Part shown: positions 1-5,479 of the stretch, piece after piece
Numbering within the stretch: the first letter of the stretch is position 1
Layout: every line of letters begins with the position of its first letter
Source of the DNA: a virus
Virus record (IMG/VR): IMGVR_UViG_3300045988_093172
Length of the DNA stretch: 41,107 nt
Reading direction: 5' to 3' (one strand)
Position numbers and translations under genes: made by a program
The notes under the pieces: model-generated
The model's input: only the letters and a program-made list of their open reading frames with translations
Told to the model about the DNA's origin: nothing
Database searches by the model: none

Positions 1-89
1 GAGTCACCATGGGCATCACCGTCGTCTTCGGTACGTCCGTTGCGACCATCTTCGGGGTCTTCCTTATCCCCATGATGTTCATCATCGTA
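1..89. repeat. Left copy of the 89-bp perfect direct repeat bounding the window (identical to 41019..41107). Candidate attL / attP core; alternatively terminal redundancy or a circular-assembly overlap.
   Basis: Read directly. Bases 1-89 (gagtcaccatgggcatcacc...gttcatcatcgta) recur exactly at 41019-41107, so the window starts and ends with the same sequence. The 3' end of the integrase gene lies 83 bp away. Confidence 0.95.
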
Positions 90-161
90 GAAACATTCGG
101 ACACAATAAGAAATCCTTTAGTGTGATGAAGGAAACTGTGGAAGATAAGCGCCTACATTAG
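3..161 (+). CDS. 3'-terminal fragment of a membrane transporter gene whose 5' end lies outside the window. The last TM helix resembles TM12 and the C-terminus of RND (AcrB/MexB-type) efflux permeases.
   Basis: Frame 3 is open from the window edge: VTMGITVVFGTSVATIFGVFLIPMMFIIVETFGHNKKSFSVMKETVEDKRLH, with stop TAG at 159-161. The pattern G..V..G...AT.....F..P..F..V followed by a charged tail matches my recollection of the AcrB C-terminus ([28 protein letters not shown]). The first 29 codons lie inside the 89-bp repeat. No search was possible. Confidence 0.45.
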   Translation, partial: VTMGITVVFGTSVATIFGVFLIPMMFIIVETFGHNKKSFSVMKETVEDKRLH

Positions 162-171
162 CACCTTTTGT

Positions 172-1239
172 CTACACGGGTAACGTCATGTGACACGTGG
201 GGAAGGAGTGTGTATAATACTTTAGGGTAGTCTCGATATTCGAGTGTCCCATAAGCATACTCACGGTCTTAACGTCCACATGGAATACCGTGATGAGCAA
301 GGTAGCATAGGTGTGTCTTGTGTCGTACAGATGGTGTCCCTTGGAACTCCCTAGTACGACTTCTACATACTTCTTAAAACGAACATTCACATTATCCTTA
401 CTTAGATAACCGTAGGTACTCTTCTCAGACCTGAAGATGCTTACGGTTTTCTTTTCGATTTTGTCTAATAACCACAGACCCCACTTTGTCTCTATGGGAA
501 CCTCCCGTATACTTGTGGGAGTCTTCATGGTTTCCTGTAGCTTGCCTTGGAATCCCAGTGACTTGTTGAAGGACACTCTGTCTTCCTTAATGTCTTCTCT
601 GGTTAAGGCAAGTATTTCCTGTGGTCTTGCTCCCGTAATAAAGGAAAGCACAATGTACACTTGGTATACCACAGGTAGGGTAGACAAATTCTCAATAGAT
701 AACAACTTCTGGACTTCCTCTAGGGAGAACACCTTCTTTTGTCTCTCTTGTCTTCCTTTTAACCTCCTTATGGCTTGTCGGGATTCCATAGGGTTGTTCT
801 CAAGATACCCTTCGAGTACCGCTGTTTCTAGGATAGCTTTAAAGTTTTTCCTCCAGCGATCTAGGGTAGTAGTGGCATAGCCCCTTGAGGATAACCCTAG
901 GAAAAACCGATTAATGTCCTGAGGTGTTAGGTCAGAGAACTTTATATGAGCTACCTTGCTGTTTTCTACATGTTTTCGATAGAATTGCTTTAGACCATTT
1001 AAGGTAGACTCACGGTATACTCCCGATTTAAGTTCCATGAAGTGTTCATAGTATTCTGCTACGGTAACAGGGGAGAAGTATTTGATGTCTTTCCCTTTGA
1101 TGTCCATGAAGAACTTCTGGCACTCCTCACGTGTATCAAAGGTTTTACTAACTCGCTTACCTCCTGATACGGTGATAGTGGCCTTGAATCTTCCATTGGG
1201 TCTCCTCACGATTGACCCTGTACCTTTGGTTCTTCTCAT
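172..1239 (-). CDS. int: Tyrosine recombinase / phage integrase (355 aa) with an arm-binding-type N-terminus
   Basis: The ORF track gives 172..1365. I place the start at ATG 1239 (MRRTKGTGSIVRRPNGRFKATITV...) because GGAGG lies 5 nt upstream. The N-terminus resembles the integrase arm-type DNA-binding domain. The C-terminus carries the catalytic signature HHLYDTRHTYATLL ... LMGHSNIETTLKYYTH (R..HxxR..Y). Confidence 0.9.
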   Translation of the reverse strand: MRRTKGTGSIVRRPNGRFKATITVSGGKRVSKTFDTREECQKFFMDIKGKDIKYFSPVTVAEYYEHFMELKSGVYRESTLNGLKQFYRKHVENSKVAHIKFSDLTPQDINRFFLGLSSRGYATTTLDRWRKNFKAILETAVLEGYLENNPMESRQAIRRLKGRQERQKKVFSLEEVQKLLSIENLSTLPVVYQVYIVLSFITGARPQEILALTREDIKEDRVSFNKSLGFQGKLQETMKTPTSIREVPIETKWGLWLLDKIEKKTVSIFRSEKSTYGYLSKDNVNVRFKKYVEVVLGSSKGHHLYDTRHTYATLLITVFHVDVKTVSMLMGHSNIETTLKYYTHSFPTCHMTLPV

Positions 1240-1481
1240 GTAACCTCCTTTCCTTTTCCTCATGTACTTTATGTATACCATGGATTTTGAAAAATTACAA
1301 AAAATTTCTGAGGACATACATGAATGAACAGCACACAGCAGTTCCCCCGTATACCCCTCAGTCATCCACAGTTACAATAATTGAACACTTGCTCATTTCT
1401 TCATATATCATTATGTTTTACATAACGGCACGTAGTACCATAAGTAACTCGTGTATCCGCATGGTTGAGCCATTTATAATA

Positions 1482-1515
1482 ACCCTGTTGCCTTAACGGT
1501 AGCGGGGTATTTTTT
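1482..1515 (+). terminator. Candidate plus-strand intrinsic terminator upstream of (antisense to) the int promoter region
   Basis: ACCCTGTTGCC-TTAAC-GGTAGCGGGGT forms an 11-bp stem if three G-U pairs are allowed. It is followed by ATTTTTT on the plus strand only. No plus-strand gene ends here. Confidence 0.35.
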
Positions 1516-1770
1516 CGATATATGAATGATTGCTCATACGTTATATATTTTTGAACATTTGTTCAATTAGGATTTTACAGTTGTTCAATGGATATTGCTT
1601 TAGGATATATTGATAAATTTCGATATATCTATATGTTTTTTCATGTATTACATATCTGTATAATACAGAACACTCATGTATTTCCACACACTATCACATA
1701 GGTAATACATGGCATACCTTCAGAATATTGCTATTACAAACTATATGAGTACCGCAATATTTATATAAAA

Positions 1771-2163
1771 TTACTTACGGAACCACACAATACAAACAGC
1801 ACCTAAAAGACAAATTGTTAAACCAACAACATAAATAGAAAGTATATCGACTTGTTTTTGTAGTCCTGTATTCTTCTTTATTATATCATTGATAGTCTTT
1901 GTATTTTTGTCTATCCTTGAACCTTGTAGTTCGTCCATTTGGACAGTATAAGACAATACCTCATCTAAACGTTGATTAGAAGTTAAAGCCTCGGGATTGA
2001 ATATACTTCCTTTGTGTGTGTCATTATACCATAGAACAAAGGCATTGTAACTACTACGATCCCATTTGTCTGATTTCCAGTCGTAAGCAAAGCCTAAAGA
2101 AAGATAAGATGAAAATAGGAAGAAGAGAAGTATAATTTTTAATGGGGAAAACATCTTATTCAC
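1771..2163 (-). CDS. Small membrane protein of the lysogeny module (130 aa; N-terminal signal/TM and C-terminal TM). Candidate lysogenic-conversion or superinfection-exclusion protein.
   Basis: The N-terminus MNKMFSPLKIILLFFLFSSYLSLGFA is hydrophobic, as is the C-terminus ILSIYVVGLTICLLGAVCIVWFRK. RBS GAGGTG lies before the ATG. The gene sits between int and the repressor on the same strand, separated from the repressor by a terminator. I recognise no homolog. Confidence 0.6.
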   Translation of the reverse strand: MNKMFSPLKIILLFFLFSSYLSLGFAYDWKSDKWDRSSYNAFVLWYNDTHKGSIFNPEALTSNQRLDEVLSYTVQMDELQGSRIDKNTKTINDIIKKNTGLQKQVDILSIYVVGLTICLLGAVCIVWFRK

Positions 2164-2202
2164 CTCAACTATATGTAATCTATGAGAATATTATATCAAA
2201 AA

Positions 2203-2253
2203 GGGAGGCACTTTAGAATACTCTTATTATCTAAAGTGCCTCCCTTTTTTTTT
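2203..2253. terminator. Bidirectional intrinsic terminator between the repressor gene and the membrane-protein gene
   Basis: A perfect 14-bp stem, GGGAGGCACTTTAG (2203-2216) / CTAAAGTGCCTCCC (2231-2244), is flanked by AAAAA on the left and a T9 run on the right. Confidence 0.8.
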
Positions 2254-2266
2254 ATTTTTACCACCT

Positions 2267-2464
2267 TTATTTTAATTCAAGTATTTCATCTGCCGATATA
2301 TTATAGTACCTCGCCAGCTTGCGTATAACATCTATTTTAGGTTCCCTGGTGCCGTATTCGTAGCGTTGATATACCTGTTCTTTTATCCCTAAGGCCTCTG
2401 CTACTTCTTTTTGTGTCTTTTCTCGTTCTTCTCTCAGTTGTTTTAGTTTTTTATTAAGACTCAT
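2267..2464 (-). CDS. XRE-family HTH repressor (65 aa, cI-like position, no peptidase domain)
   Basis: MSLNKKLKQLREEREKTQKEVAEALGIKEQVYQRYEYGTREPKIDVIRKLARYYNISADEILELK is a typical HTH_3 fold signature. I move the start from 2497 to ATG 2464 because AAGGAAGGA precedes it and the longer version would run into the operator/promoter. Confidence 0.85.
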   Translation of the reverse strand: MSLNKKLKQLREEREKTQKEVAEALGIKEQVYQRYEYGTREPKIDVIRKLARYYNISADEILELK

Positions 2465-2484
2465 AAATTTTTCCTTCCTTCCTC

Positions 2485-2513
2485 TTGACACAACCAAATG
2501 GTTGTTGTATTAT
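2485..2513 (+). promoter_or_regulatory. Host (sigma70-type) early rightward promoter: TTGACA-17 bp-TATTAT
   Basis: TTGACA lies at 2485-2490 and TATTAT at 2508-2513, with a 17-bp spacer filled by operator O1. A TATAAT on the opposite strand (2509-2514) could serve the repressor gene, giving back-to-back divergent promoters. Confidence 0.6.
2490..2505. promoter_or_regulatory. Operator O1: 16-bp palindrome ACAACCAAATGGTTGT
   Basis: Perfect inverted half-sites ACAACCA / TGGTTGT. It lies in the spacer of the rightward promoter and between the leftward -10 and the repressor RBS. Confidence 0.7.
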
Positions 2514-2523
2514 AATAATGCAG

Positions 2524-2539
2524 ACAGCCAAATGGTTGT
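2524..2539. promoter_or_regulatory. Operator O2: ACAGCCAAATGGTTGT
   Basis: The same 16-mer with one mismatch, 34 bp centre-to-centre from O1. Confidence 0.65.
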
Positions 2540-2609
2540 CACAGTCTTATTATATCATATGTCATGGGGTCAAACAAGAGTTGAAAATAAATTAAAAATA
2601 ACTCTTGAC

Positions 2610-2625
2610 ACAGCCAAATGGTTGT
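2610..2625. promoter_or_regulatory. Operator O3: ACAGCCAAATGGTTGT, preceded by a second TTGACA (2605-2610)
   Basis: The 22-nt block CTCTTGACACA(A/G)CCAAATGGTTGT is duplicated at 2481-2505 and 2601-2625. The -10 for this second copy is weak (AAAAAT at 2628-2633). Confidence 0.6.
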
Positions 2626-2646
2626 CAAAAAATTTTAATCTTATAC

Positions 2647-2662
2647 ACAGCCATTTGGCTGT
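2647..2662. promoter_or_regulatory. Operator O4: ACAGCCATTTGGCTGT
   Basis: Perfect palindrome ACAGCCA/TGGCTGT, 37 bp from O3 and just upstream of the RBS of the first early gene. Confidence 0.6.
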
Positions 2663-2681
2663 TAAGGGAGGCAATCATATT

Positions 2682-3044
2682 ATGACAAACTTAGAAACCA
2701 CACAAAAAATCAATGCTAACAAAATCTTTACCTGCACGCGGCGGGAATTTACACCTGATTTTAAAGCAATGGTAGTTAAAGAATATGAAGCAGGAGCTAC
2801 TAGAAAAGAATTAGCTAGAAAGTACGACATCTTGCCACACTATATTAATCGCTGGCAACAACGAGTACAAAAAGTAACACAAAGTATAAATGAAGAAACT
2901 AAAAGATACAAAGCACAAATTATAGAAAAGCACCAGAAAGAAATAGACAAGAAAGTAGAAGAACAGAATATTCAACAGGAATTACAAGCACTACGTGCTG
3001 AAAACAAGGCACTTAAAACATTGTTAAAAGTGTATATGAAATAA
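2682..3044 (+). CDS. First early gene: HTH protein resembling IS3-type transposase OrfA (HTH_Tnp_1) with a C-terminal coiled coil. Sits in the Cro / excisionase / regulator position.
   Basis: I start it at ATG 2682 (RBS AAGGGAGG) rather than 2502, since the upstream part of the ORF is the operator region. RREFTPDFKAMVVKEYEAGATRKELARKYDILPHYINRWQQRV resembles the IS3/IS911 OrfA HTH. A heptad-rich tail follows (LQALRAENKALKTLLK). Confidence 0.6.
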   Translation: MTNLETTQKINANKIFTCTRREFTPDFKAMVVKEYEAGATRKELARKYDILPHYINRWQQRVQKVTQSINEETKRYKAQIIEKHQKEIDKKVEEQNIQQELQALRAENKALKTLLKVYMK

Positions 3045-3143
3045 GTGTCGAAACACGGGGATTAACCCTCGTGTCTAGGTAAGGCTGGCAACCTGCCTAC
3101 TGATGAGACAAGCCACTTAGTTAAAAGAAGGGAAGTTTTTACT

Positions 3144-3572
3144 ATGACAATGACAAGAGAACAGGCAATCCGTAACTATGTTGAACATTTAATTGGGGAC
3201 GACCTCACACAACTTTTACAACACATGAACGCATATGACGGGTGCTTTGAAGAAGCCACTTATTACGACATGGATGAATTTGATGAATTTATGTCCAACT
3301 ACACGCCTATGGAAATTGCTCAAATGATTTTCTATGGTGGCGAATTTAACCCTAACGACGAATATTTCAGATTCAATGCTTATGGGAATTTAGAATCTGC
3401 TAATTGGGGTGATGTAGTAGCAGAGGCAGAGGACTTAGAAGAAGACATTATTAATCACCTCACACACTATTATGGGGGCGACACTCCGTGGCCAGATTTA
3501 GACGACCTTGTCGACGCCGACGATGACGCACTCTTTGACGAAAATTATGAAGAAGTAGAAGAAGACCAGTAG
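3144..3572 (+). CDS. Highly acidic early protein (142 aa). Candidate DNA-mimic or anti-restriction protein (Ocr/ArdA-like role); family not recognised.
   Basis: Very D/E-rich, ending DDLVDADDDALFDENYEEVEEDQ. It is an early gene of a T7-like phage, the position where T7 encodes Ocr. Function is inferred from composition and position only. Confidence 0.55.
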   Translation: MTMTREQAIRNYVEHLIGDDLTQLLQHMNAYDGCFEEATYYDMDEFDEFMSNYTPMEIAQMIFYGGEFNPNDEYFRFNAYGNLESANWGDVVAEAEDLEEDIINHLTHYYGGDTPWPDLDDLVDADDDALFDENYEEVEEDQ

Positions 3573-3574
3573 CG

Positions 3575-3626
3575 GATTTAACAGAGTACCCTAGGGGTTC
3601 TCTCTCTAGGGTATTCGATTAAGTCC
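3575..3626 (+). promoter_or_regulatory. Conserved intergenic stem-loop, copy 1 (candidate RNase III processing site)
   Basis: GATTTAACAGAG - TACCCTAG...CTAGGGTA - TTCGATTAAGTCC. The conserved flanks can pair as a lower stem with an internal loop, and the upper stem is 8 bp. The same architecture occurs at 4436-4482 with a different upper stem. Confidence 0.5.
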
Positions 3627-3637
3627 ACTAGTGACTT

Positions 3638-3660
3638 TTAATTGTGCCACATAAAGAAGA
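3638..3660 (+). promoter_or_regulatory. Degenerate phage-promoter-like sequence TTAATTGTGCCACATAAAGAAGA
   Basis: 19 of 23 positions match the promoter consensus TTAATTGTCACACATACAGAGGA. It lies 15 bp upstream of the 3676 gene. Confidence 0.3.
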
Positions 3661-3675
3661 AAGGAAGTGTCTAGT

Positions 3676-4434
3676 ATGAAATTTTATGAATTACCGCAAG
3701 CAACACAAGACATGTTAGTAGAACGTCAACGAGACTATGTCACCTCGTGCATGGACTGGCTAGAGGATTTGTTCCCCTTGATTAATGACAGGGTAAATGA
3801 AGAATATGGGCGTATCTTTACCGAACCATTCGACGCCCTCATGAACATTCAAGAATTTGAATGGCCTCATAATATCGTATGGTCTACTACGTACGCTGAA
3901 TTAGATCTAGCAGTTTTTTCAGAAGCATTGGGAGTTTTTGTCCCTAGTTATAACGCAAGGCTAGAAGTGTCTCCCAATGGTCGTGTGTGGCTGTTTTTCG
4001 GGGAATATCAAGCGGACTCAAGTTGGAGAGAGTTCGAGGACGCTTGCACAAAAATTCTGGCAGAAGTCAAGGACGTTATTCTCGACATTGTGTCTGAATA
4101 CTACGAGGAAGTCACAAGCACGGCCTATATTGAAAGCCAGTTGTGGGAGGAAGACTTTAAACCTAACGGAGATTTTGCGTGGGAACCGCCCGTCCTTACA
4201 GACAAAGAGCTAGTTTGCTACCTATTCAATACAGGACGCAAGGAAACCACTACAGGAAATTGGATTTTTGACCTGAAGGACTTAGATGGGCGTACCCCTA
4301 AACAGGCCTTAGCACTCCTGTATCGCTCTTCTTGTGGCGACTTTATCCTAGACGCTGAATTTGATGACAATACCCTAGACATCATCTTTGCACTCGACGT
4401 ATGCCCCAATGCTGAACAGGAAGAAGACACCTAG
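3676..4434 (+). CDS. Acidic early protein, unknown function (252 aa)
   Basis: Long ORF. I prefer ATG 3676 (MKFYELPQ...) over GTG 3667 because GAAAGGAAG lies 9 nt upstream. The protein is acidic and I recognise no motif. Confidence 0.6.
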   Translation: MKFYELPQATQDMLVERQRDYVTSCMDWLEDLFPLINDRVNEEYGRIFTEPFDALMNIQEFEWPHNIVWSTTYAELDLAVFSEALGVFVPSYNARLEVSPNGRVWLFFGEYQADSSWREFEDACTKILAEVKDVILDIVSEYYEEVTSTAYIESQLWEEDFKPNGDFAWEPPVLTDKELVCYLFNTGRKETTTGNWIFDLKDLDGRTPKQALALLYRSSCGDFILDAEFDDNTLDIIFALDVCPNAEQEEDT

Positions 4435-4435
4435 A

Positions 4436-4482
4436 GATTTAACAGAGGATACTAGCTATCCTTAGTATCCTCGATTAAGTCC
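4436..4482 (+). promoter_or_regulatory. Conserved intergenic stem-loop, copy 2 (candidate RNase III processing site)
   Basis: GATTTAACA-GAGGATACTA-GCTATCCT-TAGTATCCTC-GATTAAGTCC. The upper stem is a perfect 10 bp and the flanks are the same as in copy 1. Confidence 0.5.
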
Positions 4483-4515
4483 CTAGGAGGACTAGTAGAA
4501 AAGGGAGGAATTACC

Positions 4516-5064
4516 ATGAAAAAAGATATGACGGAAAAGCAATTAAAATTTTGCTTCAATGTGTACGGCCAAGTGCAGGAAGTGTTGTTCTTGCGCACTC
4601 AATGCGCTGAAGAAAGAATAGTTATCTTTCAGCTCAATCAGCAGACACGTAGTCTAGGTCAATGTCACCTGTATGGTTCTGATCTGGCACGTATTGAAAT
4701 CAGTGAATACGCCTTAGATGACACGGGTATGCCCTTTATGGAAACCCTAGTCCACGAATGTATTCATGCTTGCCTGCCCATGCACGAACACCATGGCAGT
4801 AAATTTCAGCAGGCTTGCTTAGTGTGTGGGGAACACTTTGACCTAACCTTGTCTCGATTAGCGTCCCCTAGCGTCACTAAGGCCTTTGTCTCGAACCAGC
4901 CTAGGGGCAAGTATAAAGTCGTGTGGGAAGACGGCGACTACGCCTACTACAAGACTAAGAGGAAGTGGATAGTCAAGGATTTGCTGGCACATGGTGGCTC
5001 TCGTGTCTACAAGCTCACTACAGGGGAAACCTTAAAAGCCAGCTTGATTGTAAGGGGAGACTAG
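4516..5064 (+). CDS. SprT-like zinc metalloprotease domain protein
   Basis: TLVHECIHACLPMHEHHGSKFQQ carries HExxH followed by the HG..F motif typical of the SprT-like family. RBS is AAGGGAGG. Confidence 0.6.
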   Translation: MKKDMTEKQLKFCFNVYGQVQEVLFLRTQCAEERIVIFQLNQQTRSLGQCHLYGSDLARIEISEYALDDTGMPFMETLVHECIHACLPMHEHHGSKFQQACLVCGEHFDLTLSRLASPSVTKAFVSNQPRGKYKVVWEDGDYAYYKTKRKWIVKDLLAHGGSRVYKLTTGETLKASLIVRGD

Positions 5065-5130
5065 TACACCGAACAAGTGTTTGATATACTAGAGAATAGA
5101 ACAAGCGTTCGTAATATAGGAGGTGTCATA

Positions 5131-5361
5131 ATGAATCGCTATGCATATGTAGGAAGGCCCTGCCAGCTAGAGCAGGAAATAGAAGACCTTCAGACACAAG
5201 GATATTGTTTGTTCAGCCGCTTCACAGGCTCAGAAGGGGGACGCAAGGTGAAGCAGGAACTAGCTAGGGTACAGCAAGTCTTCCCTGACAGGCAGTATGT
5301 CGTACTCAAGGGAGGCAAGACTCATAAGGATACATATAAGCAAGCCATATTATTCAAGTAA
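5131..5361 (+). CDS. Small early protein, unknown function (76 aa)
   Basis: Start moved from 5077 to ATG 5131 because of the strong RBS TAGGAGGTG 5 nt upstream. It is the last gene before the early terminator. Confidence 0.5.
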   Translation: MNRYAYVGRPCQLEQEIEDLQTQGYCLFSRFTGSEGGRKVKQELARVQQVFPDRQYVVLKGGKTHKDTYKQAILFK

Positions 5362-5365
5362 TTAG

Positions 5366-5417
5366 TAGCAGGTAACTGAATATGAAAAAAGTGTCATTCA
5401 GTTACCTGCTATTTTTA
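5366..5417 (+). terminator. Intrinsic terminator closing the host-transcribed early operon, immediately upstream of the RNAP gene
   Basis: A 16-bp perfect stem, TAGCAGGTAACTGAAT (5366-5381) / ATTCAGTTACCTGCTA (5396-5411), is followed by TTTTTA. Confidence 0.8.
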
Positions 5418-5427
5418 TACCCTAGTG

Positions 5428-5447
5428 AACCAAACATAGGTTTGGTT
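5428..5447. promoter_or_regulatory. Palindrome AACCAAAC-ATAG-GTTTGGTT abutting the RNAP-gene promoter
   Basis: Eight-bp inverted arms whose right arm overlaps the first two bases of the phage promoter. The same CCAAAC-N4-GTTTGG geometry occurs at 8302-8317. Confidence 0.5.
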
Positions 5448-5468
5448 AATTGTCACACATTCTAGGAG
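5446..5468 (+). promoter_or_regulatory. Phage RNAP promoter, variant copy, directly upstream of the RNAP gene
   Basis: TTAATTGTCACACATTCTAGGAG shares the invariant TAATTGTCACACAT. It differs from the other copies in the initiation region (TTCTAGGAGG versus ACAGAGGA). The AGGAGG doubles as the RBS for ATG 5480. Confidence 0.75.
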
Positions 5469-5479
5469 GAGGAATAAAA

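Noticed and set aside
1-89. The 89-bp end repeat as a mere assembler overlap of a circular contig.
   Set aside because: Not fully rejected. I consider it less likely than an att core because the repeat coincides with a coding-looking host-type gene end next to an integrase. Also, 89 is not a k-mer size I associate with common assemblers. Only read-level data can settle this.
1-107. Minus-strand acidic ORF (VSECFYDDEHHGDKEDPEDGRNGRTEDDGDAHGDS...) running out of the left edge and, in a circular reading, continuing into 41018 and below.
   Set aside because: It has no ATG start or RBS and a low-complexity composition. The opposite strand gives a far more protein-like transmembrane helix with a recognisable transporter motif.
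437-880. 147-aa plus-strand ORF inside the integrase gene (also 1212..1496 plus).
   Set aside because: It is entirely antisense to a well-supported integrase ORF, has no RBS, and shows a low-complexity, Ser/Leu-rich composition typical of shadow ORFs.
2502-2681. N-terminal 60 codons of the 2502..3044 ORF, and the N-terminal 11 codons of the repressor ORF (2465..2497).
   Set aside because: These extensions run through the operator/promoter region and lack RBSs. Strong RBS-plus-ATG combinations occur at 2682 and 2464.
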